Positions 18,560 through 27,250 of a stretch of 45,421 nt of DNA are shown here, piece by piece. Position numbers and translations under genes: made by a program. The DNA is from a virus (lineage: Duplodnaviria; Caudoviricetes): positions 1 to 45,421 of the IMG/VR virus record IMGVR_UViG_3300032303_003678; one strand, given 5' to 3'. Position 1 is the stretch's first letter, and every line of letters starts with the position of its first letter. The notes beneath the pieces are model-generated. The model saw nothing but the letters and a program-made list of their open reading frames with translations. It was not told where the DNA came from and did no database searches.

Positions 18560-21154
18560 ATGCCAACAGGATTCCCCCCGCAAATAGCTTACCCACTAGC
18601 ACTGGACTCTGACCGAACCCTCTACCTCGTGTACAACACGAGCGAGGCCAGAACCACCGCAGAGAACTCGGCCTGGGAAGAGGAAATACAGATAGTCCCG
18701 GTGGGCGACTGCCAGCAGGAGATATGGGCCGAAAACGGTTTCGCCAACATATCCGGAGAGATGTTTTACTATGATGCGGTGGAAAAAAACGATCCCGCAG
18801 GAAGTGGCGCTACATTGGGCAATGTCAGGGTCGATTCAAAGGGTTCCATCTTGTCCGTATCTGTGCTGAACGGGGGACAAGGATACTGTCTCCCGGAGAT
18901 CGCGGTAAAAGGCAAGGGAACGGGCGCCCGGCTGAAGGCTGTCGTATCGGGCGGATCAATAGAAAGAGTGGAGGTGGTCAGATCGGGAACGGGATACGAG
19001 GACGGATCTACAGTACTGGAACTAGAGGGAAAGATATTCAAGCTCAAGAGATGCCTGAGGAGCATGGGGGGCAAGCCCACGAAATTCAATCCTTCGGGCA
19101 CTTGGGTTCGGGGATTTGTCATGGCGGAGCATCACAACCAAATTGTAGATGCGACCATATCAATAGAAAAATACATATTTGATCTGGAGGCCAGAGTAGC
19201 GAAACTAGAGGAGGAACCCGTCTGTTCGGACGACGCCTACTGTGCAGAGGTGACCTTGGAGACGAATGTGTCCCAAGATCCAGAGGGATGCAGGGAAACT
19301 ACGATGCAGTACAGCGTCATCGTCAACGGGACTTTCAGCACGTTCACGCTTGACTTTGGTGACGGACAGTCCACCAGTTCTATTCAATCAGGAGTACACA
19401 CCTACGCCTCGGGAGCGAATATAGATCCCGTCGTGACAGTTGTCGGAAGCGACTGCACTGTTGTTCAAACCCCCATCTCAAGACAGAAGGGGGGCGTTCC
19501 GGAAGTTCCCGAAACACCTACCTTTGTGATACCAATTCCTCAAGTTCCCAATTTTCCGGAAATATCCATCCCGGACTTTCAGCAGCCAAATCCGCAAATA
19601 GAACTTCCGCAGATAGTCTTCCCGTGCTTGAATGTTTCGCCAATAGGCACAGACATAAATATTCCAAGCATAATAAACATTGTTCCTCCGGTGATATCCT
19701 TCGTGCCTCCGAGTATATCCCCTGTCAGTTTTACATTCGGCCCCGCCCCCACAATTTCGCCCGCAAGCTTCACGTTCGGCCCTGCTCCGAGCATATCGCC
19801 CGCAAGCTTCACGTTCGGCCCTGCTCCGAGCATATCGCCCGCAAGCTTCACGTTCGGCCCTGCTCCGAGCATATCGCCCGCGAGCTTCACTTTCGGTCCT
19901 GCTCCGAAGATATCTCCCGCGAGCTTCACTTTCGGTCCTGCTCCGAAGATATCGCCCGCGAGCTTCACTTTCGGTCCTGCTCCGAAGATATCTCCCGCGA
20001 GCTTCACTTTCGGTCCTGCTCCGAAGATATCTCCCGCGAGTTTCACGTTCGGCCCGGCTCCGAAGGTGTCGCCCGCAAGTTTTAACTGGGGTACGCCTCC
20101 GAAACTTACGGGTGCGAGCTTTAACTGGGGAACCCCTCCGAAGGTGTCCAACGCCAGTTTTGTATGGGGTACGCCTCCGAAAATATCCAATGCTAGTTTT
20201 GAATGGGGTACGCCTCCGAAAATATCCAATGCTAGTTTTGAATGGGGAACCCCTCCGAAGGTGTCCGGTGCAAGCTTCAACTGGGGTACGCCTCCCAAGG
20301 TATCCGGTGCAAGCTTCAACTGGGGTACGCCGCCAAAGATCACCAGTTCATTTAATTGGGGTACAACACCTAGTGTGACCGGATCTTTCACATGGGGGGA
20401 TTATGTTCCTAGCGTCACGGGATCGTTCTCATGGGGCGATGTGCCTAGCATAACTGCATCATTGAGCTGGGATAATCCTCCAAAAGTAAGCATAGAGTGG
20501 GGGAATGTCCCGACTTTGTCCTGCGTCGTGACCGTGGAGTGCGGAGGGAGCCAGGGATCCAGCGGCTTCAGGAGGGCGAATACGCTTGATGAAAACTTTG
20601 TGGACGACTTCAACACGGACAACTTTGACATAGAAATAAGCGACATAGGCATACCTTCGGAAATCAAGGTCGTGGTGCCGAAGTTCCCCGACATCAAAAT
20701 AGCCCACGACATACCCAAGTTCATAGACATAAAATCAGACATTCCCAACAAGATCGTTCTTTATCAAGCCGATCTGATACCCAAGGAAATAAAAATAGTC
20801 AATGAATCGGTAATCCCGAGCGTCATAGCGCTGGACTCTTCCAGCGTTCCGAATTCCATAAGGATAGACGCAACCTCTGTTCCAGGCTTCATAAGCCTCG
20901 TTCCGGTGGACATACCGTCCGCCATCAGGCTAGACGGTTCGGAAATACCCGAATTCATACGGGTTGTAGGCATACCCGAGTCAATAGAGGTGAAGATGCC
21001 GAGCGAAATAGTTGCGAGACTCGAGGTGCCTGAAAACCTGGAAATCCCACTAGTTTACAAGGGCGGTCCCGTTCCCATCCAGTTTGACACATCTAATCTG
21101 CTAGGTGGTGACGAGCAGGCCTGTTTTGCCCTCGTACCCTGCAACAAAAAATGA
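18560..21154 (+). CDS. PKD-domain virion protein (paralog 3) with Pro-rich tandem repeats, fibre-like
   Basis: LDFGDGQS...HTY PKD motif; NGGQGY/SGTGY repeats; 13-aa repeat array; IPxxI repeats. Confidence 0.7.
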   Translation: MPTGFPPQIAYPLALDSDRTLYLVYNTSEARTTAENSAWEEEIQIVPVGDCQQEIWAENGFANISGEMFYYDAVEKNDPAGSGATLGNVRVDSKGSILSVSVLNGGQGYCLPEIAVKGKGTGARLKAVVSGGSIERVEVVRSGTGYEDGSTVLELEGKIFKLKRCLRSMGGKPTKFNPSGTWVRGFVMAEHHNQIVDATISIEKYIFDLEARVAKLEEEPVCSDDAYCAEVTLETNVSQDPEGCRETTMQYSVIVNGTFSTFTLDFGDGQSTSSIQSGVHTYASGANIDPVVTVVGSDCTVVQTPISRQKGGVPEVPETPTFVIPIPQVPNFPEISIPDFQQPNPQIELPQIVFPCLNVSPIGTDINIPSIINIVPPVISFVPPSISPVSFTFGPAPTISPASFTFGPAPSISPASFTFGPAPSISPASFTFGPAPSISPASFTFGPAPKISPASFTFGPAPKISPASFTFGPAPKISPASFTFGPAPKISPASFTFGPAPKVSPASFNWGTPPKLTGASFNWGTPPKVSNASFVWGTPPKISNASFEWGTPPKISNASFEWGTPPKVSGASFNWGTPPKVSGASFNWGTPPKITSSFNWGTTPSVTGSFTWGDYVPSVTGSFSWGDVPSITASLSWDNPPKVSIEWGNVPTLSCVVTVECGGSQGSSGFRRANTLDENFVDDFNTDNFDIEISDIGIPSEIKVVVPKFPDIKIAHDIPKFIDIKSDIPNKIVLYQADLIPKEIKIVNESVIPSVIALDSSSVPNSIRIDATSVPGFISLVPVDIPSAIRLDGSEIPEFIRVVGIPESIEVKMPSEIVARLEVPENLEIPLVYKGGPVPIQFDTSNLLGGDEQACFALVPCNKK
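19715..20338 (+). repeat. Coding tandem repeat, 16 x 39 bp (13 aa), degenerating further to about 20510
   Basis: 9 units of ISP(A/V)SFTFGPAP(T/S/K), then 7 units of xxxASFxWGTPPK; several adjacent units are identical at DNA level. Confidence 0.97.
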
Positions 21155-21999
21155 GAATAAAGAAGTACAGAAACAACGAATACATTCTCGCCGAAGGTAT
21201 TTGGGTCAGAAATCTGTGCTCGGAGGCGAAGCCCCTTGACATAAACTCTCTTGGCGGGGGAGATCTGAGTCTGTTTCTCTGGAACGAGTGCGAGAACATG
21301 AAGGTTTCGGGGATAAACATGGACGATCTGAACCGCGTGGATATGGAAAATCTCGTGATATTTTCGGACGGATACGGATGGAGGGAGCGGCAGAAGGTTC
21401 TGGCTGGCATGCCCAACAAGATGGTCAAGACGATAGGCGTGAACGGCAGTCTTTCCAAATGGGAGATGGCCGGCGAAAAGGCCGAGGTCAAGAGGACCAT
21501 GACTTTCTATCTCGTCAACAATCCCTACGGGGAGTGCGTCGGATACCTGCCCCGTAAACACAGGTACTATCCGAACCTGATAGCCTCCACCAAGACGAAT
21601 CCCAAGTTCATAAGGGAATACGAAGGCCAGCCGGCGTTCTACAGATCTTCCCAGGACCTGAACTACTCCGGAGTGGGTCAGGATGAATGCATGAGGCTGG
21701 ACGACTACAGGAACCCCATATGCGCGGCCTTGAGCTTTGCCTGGAGAAACAGGGTCAGGAAAATAGCCTTGCTCTGCTGCGACGAGGCCTTTGAGGATGA
21801 ACGACCAGGCTCCGTCAGAATGGAGAACGGACTGTATCAGTATCCCCAGCAGATAATGTGCCAGAGGATAATAGACAAGCAGATATACTGGCTGAGGCAG
21901 GCCGGGGTAGAGGTGATGGACTGCTCGTCGGGAATAGAATACGAGAATGCTGAATATATAAGTCTGGAAAACTTGCCCTCTTTTTTTGAGAAGGACTGA
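21151..21999 (+). CDS. Hypothetical protein, weakly like DUF115/MptE or glycosyltransferase Rossmann fold
   Basis: KTIGVNGSL...NPICAALSFAWRNRVRKIALLCCD resembles the xIgvN...AlxxAxxxGxxxIxLxGxD pattern. Confidence 0.4.
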   Translation: MRIKKYRNNEYILAEGIWVRNLCSEAKPLDINSLGGGDLSLFLWNECENMKVSGINMDDLNRVDMENLVIFSDGYGWRERQKVLAGMPNKMVKTIGVNGSLSKWEMAGEKAEVKRTMTFYLVNNPYGECVGYLPRKHRYYPNLIASTKTNPKFIREYEGQPAFYRSSQDLNYSGVGQDECMRLDDYRNPICAALSFAWRNRVRKIALLCCDEAFEDERPGSVRMENGLYQYPQQIMCQRIIDKQIYWLRQAGVEVMDCSSGIEYENAEYISLENLPSFFEKD

Positions 22000-22287
22000 A
22001 TGTCTGGTTTCCCTTATATCAACCCCGACAACTTCAAGAAGTGGATGAACAGCCAGGAAGAATTCAATCCTTCCATGGAGTGCGACCTCGTGGGTCTTCA
22101 GGTAGAGACCAGATTCGGGGCGAAAAGGATAATGAACAAGATGACGATAGAATCGGGTAGGGCTTGCAAGGTTGCCAAGGACTTCGTGGAGAACGGAGGA
22201 GTTATATCCGAGGTCATCGGGGAAGAATATCTCATCAAGGTGGAATCGGGATCATTCTTGATAAGCAAGAACATGGTCATCGTCTGA
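22000..22287 (+). CDS. Hypothetical protein (N-terminal FKKWM motif)
   Basis: 95 aa ORF abutting the previous stop codon. Confidence 0.6.
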   Translation: MSGFPYINPDNFKKWMNSQEEFNPSMECDLVGLQVETRFGAKRIMNKMTIESGRACKVAKDFVENGGVISEVIGEEYLIKVESGSFLISKNMVIV

Positions 22288-22645
22288 TGTCCGAATTCCT
22301 CCGAAGCATCGTGGATTTCGTGGTAACAAGCGCATTTCTGTTTATGTTCGTAAGTCCCATGTAGCCCGTGAACTGTTGCAGGGGAAGGTTTGAGTATCCC
22401 CTTTTCTGAAGCGAGATTCTCAAGTCGTCGAAAGACTCCGCAGACTCCACGAAAAGCTCGTACTCCATACGATTTTCATAGGCCTCTCTTGCAACCGCCG
22501 CGGATATCTGGGGATTCAGTCCGAGTCTGGAGATGTCCTCCACCCGCGTGGCATAGGCCTTGCCTTTGAAACTGAACCCGCTTACGACCTTGATCCCCTT
22601 CTTGTCACGCCTTGCTAGGTATAGGTACAGGCTATTTCTGCTCAT
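22277..22645 (-). CDS. Hypothetical protein
   Basis: 122 aa ORF with GGAG RBS; fills the gap. Confidence 0.6.
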   Translation of the reverse strand: MSRNSLYLYLARRDKKGIKVVSGFSFKGKAYATRVEDISRLGLNPQISAAVAREAYENRMEYELFVESAESFDDLRISLQKRGYSNLPLQQFTGYMGLTNINRNALVTTKSTMLRRNSDIRR

Positions 22646-22763
22646 CTAGTAGCTCCTTGAAGAATTCCTCAAGCACTATCTGCGTGTATATGTCCGGCGT
22701 GCCGAACTGGCCAAAAAAGCACCTCATTGCCTCTTCGGCCTTGTCTTCGTTCTGTTCTTCCAT
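22632..22763 (-). CDS. Small acidic hypothetical protein (43 aa, not in ORF track)
   Basis: Reads MEEQNEDKAEEAMRCFFGQFGTPDIYTQIVLEEFFKELLDEQK*; GGAG RBS; overlaps the start of the 22645 gene. Confidence 0.55.
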   Translation of the reverse strand: MEEQNEDKAEEAMRCFFGQFGTPDIYTQIVLEEFFKELLDEQK

Positions 22764-22790
22764 GTTTCTCCGAGAAAGCCTTGTTCAGGC

Positions 22791-22798
22791 TATATATA
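22791..22798. promoter_or_regulatory. Palindromic TATATATA late-type promoter motif between divergent genes
   Basis: One of many TA(A/T/G)ATA motifs found just upstream of genes. Confidence 0.5.
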
Positions 22799-22827
22799 GA
22801 GAATAGTTCGACCAAAAGAGGAAAAAC

Positions 22828-23379
22828 ATGAGCGTTTTCAGGGTGAAATTGACAAACTCCAGACAGGGTCTTCTTGACATACACGACAACCAGAGAACGG
22901 CCTATATCACGGGGCCGAACAGGATCAACAGGAAGCTGAAGGACGGCGAGACGTTTACCGACTGCAACTACTGGAAGCGCTTTGCCTATCCAAACGTGCC
23001 TCTTGAGGAGGCGTTCATAGAGGTTGTTTTCGATGACGGCACGATATACAGCGATCAGATAGCCGAGAACACCTATCCGAGGGTGTACAACATCGTGGCG
23101 GCCGCGGGATCCACATACGCCCAGAACAAGGCCGACATAGCAGGGGATTCGGGGTCGTGGGCCCTCTTCGCCCAGATCACCAACAAGAGCGACGCCGACG
23201 ACATAAAGGTCAGAATAAACGGCCTGGACACTGCGATAATAGACATACCGGCGGGAGCCACGCAGACCTTTAATCCCGGAGAGGTGACGATAGGCACCTT
23301 GGAAATAAACAATCAATCGGGATCGGCTCCGGCGGAGGTGCAGATACTAGTTTCGGTTAGTTCCGTGGGCAGGAGTTGA
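22828..23379 (+). CDS. Hypothetical protein with beta-rich C-terminal domain (possibly structural)
   Basis: 183 aa; AGAGGA RBS. Confidence 0.65.
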   Translation: MSVFRVKLTNSRQGLLDIHDNQRTAYITGPNRINRKLKDGETFTDCNYWKRFAYPNVPLEEAFIEVVFDDGTIYSDQIAENTYPRVYNIVAAAGSTYAQNKADIAGDSGSWALFAQITNKSDADDIKVRINGLDTAIIDIPAGATQTFNPGEVTIGTLEINNQSGSAPAEVQILVSVSSVGRS

Positions 23380-23415
23380 TTTCTCCTCAGATAGCTATAT
23401 TAGACCGGGTAAAAA

Positions 23416-23634
23416 ATGCCAAATCTAATCAAACCAGGGGAAGCTAGGGTAATTACCAAGAACGGCGAGGTTTTCGTAAACATATCCCTGGAATTGACCG
23501 TGAAGTTGGACGGATCCAATATAAGCGTGGCTGCGAACGGCATTCAAGACAAGACTAAATCGGCGGATCAGAGCGAAAAGATCAAGTGGGAAATACCCGA
23601 CTTCAGTTCAGACAAAATTCAATTCGGCAAGTGA
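23416..23634 (+). CDS. Small hypothetical protein directly upstream of the actin-like gene
   Basis: 72 aa; ends in a WEIPDFSSDKIQFGK motif. Confidence 0.6.
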   Translation: MPNLIKPGEARVITKNGEVFVNISLELTVKLDGSNISVAANGIQDKTKSADQSEKIKWEIPDFSSDKIQFGK

Positions 23635-23644
23635 GGATCAAATA

Positions 23645-24667
23645 ATGGCCAGACTAGGATTCGATTGCGGGACCTACCATCTCGTTTGTTGCAGAAGAGC
23701 CGCGGACAATGAACTTTCGTACAAGAAGGAGGTCAATGCCTTTCTTGAAATGCCATTGGAAAACCGCTTCGTATTCAACATGATGAAGAACGCGGGCGTT
23801 CCTCTCATAGAGAACAAAGAGTCCAATGTGGGATACGCCCTTGGCGAGTCGGCCGTCAACATGGCCTACACCATGAATCAAATAGAACTCAAGCGCCCCA
23901 TGAAGGACGGATGTCTCAATCCAAGAGAGAGGCACGCCCAGCAGATCATGAATGTAATGTGTCACAGTCTCATAGGCGAGATAGATGAGGACGACTCCAC
24001 GATTTATTATTCAGTCCCCGCGAATGCAATTAATCAGGAGACCGACGCCGACTACCACGGCAAGGTTCTCGAGGCCATGTTCAGGTCCTACAGAAGCGAA
24101 AAGGGATACAAGGTAGACCCGCACCCGATCAATGAGGCTCTTGCTCTTGTTTATGCCGAACTTCAGAACAAGGCCTGGACGGGTGTCGGAATATCATTTG
24201 GTGCGGGCATGGTCAATCTCTGCTACGCGATGTACGGTGCTCCCATATTTCAGTTTTCCCTAGTAAACAGCGGCGACTGGATTGACAAGATGGCTTCAAA
24301 GGCCATAGGCGAGGAGACCACGACCTATGTGAACAGAGAAAAAATGCATTCCGATCTCACAGTTGATAATCCTGATACTCTTGTACAAAGGGCGATAAAA
24401 GCCCAGTATGAGATAATGATTCAACACACTGTGCAGGGGATCAAGAAGGGGATAGAGGAGGCGGGCAACAAGGCGAGATCAGAACAGCCGATAGACATCG
24501 TTATCGCGGGAGGCACCAGCATGCCCAAGGGATTTGATGTTCTGTTCCGCACTATACTTGATCAGTCCAAGATTACTACAATGAAGATAGGAGAGGTCAT
24601 CAGACCGCAGGATCCTCTCTATTCGGTAGCCAGAGGCTGCCTGATTGCGGCAGAAAACGCGAAGTGA
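23645..24667 (+). CDS. Actin-fold ATPase, volactin-like (MreB/MamK/ParM superfamily)
   Basis: Phosphate-1 GFDCGT, connect-1 PINEALA, phosphate-2 GISFGAGMVN, GDWID, adenosine AGGTSMPKGF, connect-2 PLYSVARGCLIAA. Confidence 0.9.
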   Translation: MARLGFDCGTYHLVCCRRAADNELSYKKEVNAFLEMPLENRFVFNMMKNAGVPLIENKESNVGYALGESAVNMAYTMNQIELKRPMKDGCLNPRERHAQQIMNVMCHSLIGEIDEDDSTIYYSVPANAINQETDADYHGKVLEAMFRSYRSEKGYKVDPHPINEALALVYAELQNKAWTGVGISFGAGMVNLCYAMYGAPIFQFSLVNSGDWIDKMASKAIGEETTTYVNREKMHSDLTVDNPDTLVQRAIKAQYEIMIQHTVQGIKKGIEEAGNKARSEQPIDIVIAGGTSMPKGFDVLFRTILDQSKITTMKIGEVIRPQDPLYSVARGCLIAAENAK

Positions 24668-24693
24668 AAAAAGAAAGAAAGAAAGGAAGAAAG

Positions 24694-24909
24694 ATGAAAA
24701 AGACGGTAAGTGACCTCGGTGCTGGAGCCTACCTCCTAATGCACGGACACAAGGTCGTGGGCAGGAAGGGTAGGGACTTCATATTCGAGGTCAATGATCA
24801 GGAGGAAGTGGAGTTTGAGCAGAGGAAGCTCGAGTATCTATCGAGCGAATTCCACAGGTTCGACTCCTATATCATGTCCCTGAAGAAGGTCGGCGAATAC
24901 ACCCCATGA
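24694..24909 (+). CDS. DUF5659-like small protein
   Basis: VSDLGAGAYLLMHG...FIFE...SLKK pattern; ATG 24694 preferred over GTG 24664. Confidence 0.55.
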   Translation: MKKTVSDLGAGAYLLMHGHKVVGRKGRDFIFEVNDQEEVEFEQRKLEYLSSEFHRFDSYIMSLKKVGEYTP

Positions 24910-25325
24910 AAATAGAAGGCCTTGAGTATTTCGTAGGAAAGATATGCACCGTTTTCACTGTGCAGACGAACAGGGATTTCAAATCGGAAAACCCCCAGAC
25001 CTTTCCGCAGCCCGTATTCCACTACTTTGTAGGAAGGGTTCTGGAGGTGAACTCCAGGGGCATATGTCTGGAACAGTGGAACAATGAGAAGAAGCTGCGG
25101 ACTTTCTTCTTCATGGATCACATCGTTTCCATATCCGAAGAGGAAATCCTAGATCCGTCCAATCCGAAGGACAAGCAGGTCATAGAGGAATACAAGAAAA
25201 CGAATGAGTCTTCCTTGAAGAAGGCCAACGAGAATGTGGAGATGCTGAAGAAGCAGAGGGAAAGCCTTGCGGAGAATCCCTATCTTGACATAGAGGATTT
25301 GTCGATTATGGCCAAGGTTCGCTAG
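24906..25325 (+). CDS. Hypothetical protein, possible Sm/LSm-like beta-barrel
   Basis: FVGKICTVFT...FVGRVLEVNSRGICL...TFFFMDHIVSI pattern; ATGA coupling to the previous gene. Confidence 0.5.
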   Translation: MKIEGLEYFVGKICTVFTVQTNRDFKSENPQTFPQPVFHYFVGRVLEVNSRGICLEQWNNEKKLRTFFFMDHIVSISEEEILDPSNPKDKQVIEEYKKTNESSLKKANENVEMLKKQRESLAENPYLDIEDLSIMAKVR

Positions 25326-26368
25326 ATTATTTTTCTCATGGCAATCTTTGTGCTTTCCCAGTCTCCCTGGGCTACGGATTCGTTGTATTGTCGCTCGTTT
25401 GCCCTGATGTAGTGTCTCAGTATCTTTTCGCCCTTCTCGACGAGCATGCCGTTCCAGTCCTTGAACTCCTTGCAGGCCCTTACGTACGAGATGTTTGTGA
25501 TCCCCCTGGACAGCAATTGCTTGGCTATTTTGGGAAGCGCGTCCGATCCGGCATCGTCGGCATCAAGGCATATAATGGGCAGGCATCCCCTGATCATGTT
25601 CATCTGCGTTTCGCTCATGGCCTTGCCCCCGAGAGCCGCAGACTTGAATCCGCACTGGAACAAGGACATTGCGTCAAATTCGCCCTCCGTTATGTATATT
25701 TTTTCACCATCGGAAGGCCAGTTCTGGACATAGAGGACATCGCCCTTTCCTATTCCCAACTCCTTGGGAGGGCCGAGGTAACGGAGGTTTGTTCCCGGAT
25801 CTCCGATGTATCGGCCGTTGTAGTATATGAGACGGCCTTCTCGCGAGTAGTAGGGGATGACTATCCTGTTTCTGTACCTTCCCGAAGTGCATATCAAAAG
25901 GTTTCCCGTCTCTATCTTTCTTGACCTGAGATACTCCTCGGCGTCCCTCTTGAGCCTGTGTGAGGAGGGAAGGTCGTCAAAAAGATAGCAGTCCTGCGGC
26001 ATGCCGAGACCGTCCTGGACGGGTTCGCACGGTTCAGACCCACCCTTTTTTTCAAAAAGTTCGTTGACGCGCCTTTCAAGGTCTCCCAATCCGCCCGAAG
26101 AAGTGGAATTGAGGATTTCCGCCGCCTGCTCGTTATTGCATTTGTCAACAATCATGACCAGTCCGAGTAGGCTTCCCTTCTCGTCTGACTTCCAGCAGTG
26201 GTAGACGCCGTTCTCATTGCTGGTCTTGCCCCCGGACGGATTGCACCAAAGGTGGTGCTTTCTGTCCTCGCAGAATATTGAGTTCAGAAGAATTTCATCC
26301 CCTTTTACAATTACGTCGTCAAACCTGGACTCTGCCCAGTTCAGGAATTTGTCGAAATCAATTGACAT
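25322..26368 (-). CDS. DNA primase (DnaG / T4 gp61-like, TOPRIM)
   Basis: EYLRSRKI, RIVIPYY..G.LIYYNGR, YITEGEFDAMSL, CLDADDAG, KDWN motifs. Confidence 0.92.
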   Translation of the reverse strand: MSIDFDKFLNWAESRFDDVIVKGDEILLNSIFCEDRKHHLWCNPSGGKTSNENGVYHCWKSDEKGSLLGLVMIVDKCNNEQAAEILNSTSSGGLGDLERRVNELFEKKGGSEPCEPVQDGLGMPQDCYLFDDLPSSHRLKRDAEEYLRSRKIETGNLLICTSGRYRNRIVIPYYSREGRLIYYNGRYIGDPGTNLRYLGPPKELGIGKGDVLYVQNWPSDGEKIYITEGEFDAMSLFQCGFKSAALGGKAMSETQMNMIRGCLPIICLDADDAGSDALPKIAKQLLSRGITNISYVRACKEFKDWNGMLVEKGEKILRHYIRANERQYNESVAQGDWESTKIAMRKII

Positions 26369-26388
26369 CAGCGGCTCCTTGTGGGAGA

Positions 26389-26417
26389 ATTATACCAGGA
26401 AATCCGGCAAAATTCAA
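26389..26417 (-). promoter_or_regulatory. sigma70-type promoter (extended -10) for the primase
   Basis: Minus strand reads TTGAAT-17 nt-TATAAT with TGn extension, followed by an AAGGAG RBS. Confidence 0.7.
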
Positions 26418-26440
26418 TCCGCCGGCCTCTATTAGGTCTG

Positions 26441-27250
26441 ATGAAAATAGAACACATATCCGTATCCAGGGGCAAGTCCTACAAGCAGTGTCCCTACTAC
26501 TACAAGCTCAAGTACCACGAGAAGATACCGAACCCCGGCGAGGAGCAGTTCTATTTCGTGTACGGCAAGATCATACACAAGATCGCGGAGTGCCATGTAC
26601 AGGAAAAGGGCAGGAGAAGCCTGAATGAAATAGCCAACGATGTGCTGAAGGGCAAGATAGAGATAGAAGACGGGAAGAGGGCTCCTCCGCTGCCGATAGA
26701 CTACAAGAAAAGGATGCCTTCCCACATAAGAGCCATAGAAAAACTGAACAAGTCCATAGGGTGCGACGGCATAACGGAGCACAAGTTCAAATACGACCTG
26801 CAGTCTCCCAACGGAAAGTTCGTCACGGGGTTTATAGACAGGATAATAATAAGAGACGACAAGGCGTGGATAATAGATTACAAGACCACCAAGAAGGGGC
26901 CTTTCAGGGAAAACAAGCATACGGTCAAGTACGACCCGCAGCTCCGCATTTATTCCCGGGTGGTACAGAAGGAATTCGGAATAGAACCGGAGAACATAAA
27001 GGCGGGACTTTACTACCTCGAGGACGAAGAGGTGGTCTCATCCTCGTATGATGAGGAATCACTGGCCGGGGTAGAGCAAGAACTTCTGGCGGTTTACGAC
27101 ACCATCTTCTCACACGACCCCGACCAGGTAGTCGGAACCACGGGACAGCACTGCCAGCGGTGCGAATACAGAGATATGTGCCCATTCTTCAAAAGTTCCC
27201 AGAGAAGGGTCTTCTGGGACGGAGATCTGAACAAGATTCCTAGAACATGA
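26441..27250 (+). CDS. PD-(D/E)XK nuclease, Cas4/AddB/RecB-like with 4-Cys Fe-S motif
   Basis: SVS...YKQCP, GKIIH, GFIDRI, IIDYKT, QLRIY, CQRCEYRDMCP; start at ATG 26441. Confidence 0.9.
   Translation: MKIEHISVSRGKSYKQCPYYYKLKYHEKIPNPGEEQFYFVYGKIIHKIAECHVQEKGRRSLNEIANDVLKGKIEIEDGKRAPPLPIDYKKRMPSHIRAIEKLNKSIGCDGITEHKFKYDLQSPNGKFVTGFIDRIIIRDDKAWIIDYKTTKKGPFRENKHTVKYDPQLRIYSRVVQKEFGIEPENIKAGLYYLEDEEVVSSSYDEESLAGVEQELLAVYDTIFSHDPDQVVGTTGQHCQRCEYRDMCPFFKSSQRRVFWDGDLNKIPRT

Noticed and set aside
19715-20338. 39-bp repeat array as a CRISPR array (a Cas4-like gene is 6 kb away)
   Set aside because: Units are contiguous with no unique spacers, are a multiple of 3, and lie in frame within an 864-aa ORF; there is no cas1 or cas2
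19579-20391. 270-aa minus-strand ORF and alternate-frame ORFs over the repeat; likewise 42948-43781
   Set aside because: Shadow ORFs caused by stop-free repeats on the antisense strand of real genes
24667-24693. (AAAG)n purine run after the actin gene as a parC-like centromere
   Set aside because: Only about 27 nt of low-complexity sequence that doubles as the RBS region; too short to support iterons
26441-27250. Nuclease as part of a CRISPR-Cas system
   Set aside because: Solo Cas4/AddB-like PD-(D/E)XK nucleases are common phage replication/recombination genes, and this one is paired with the primase
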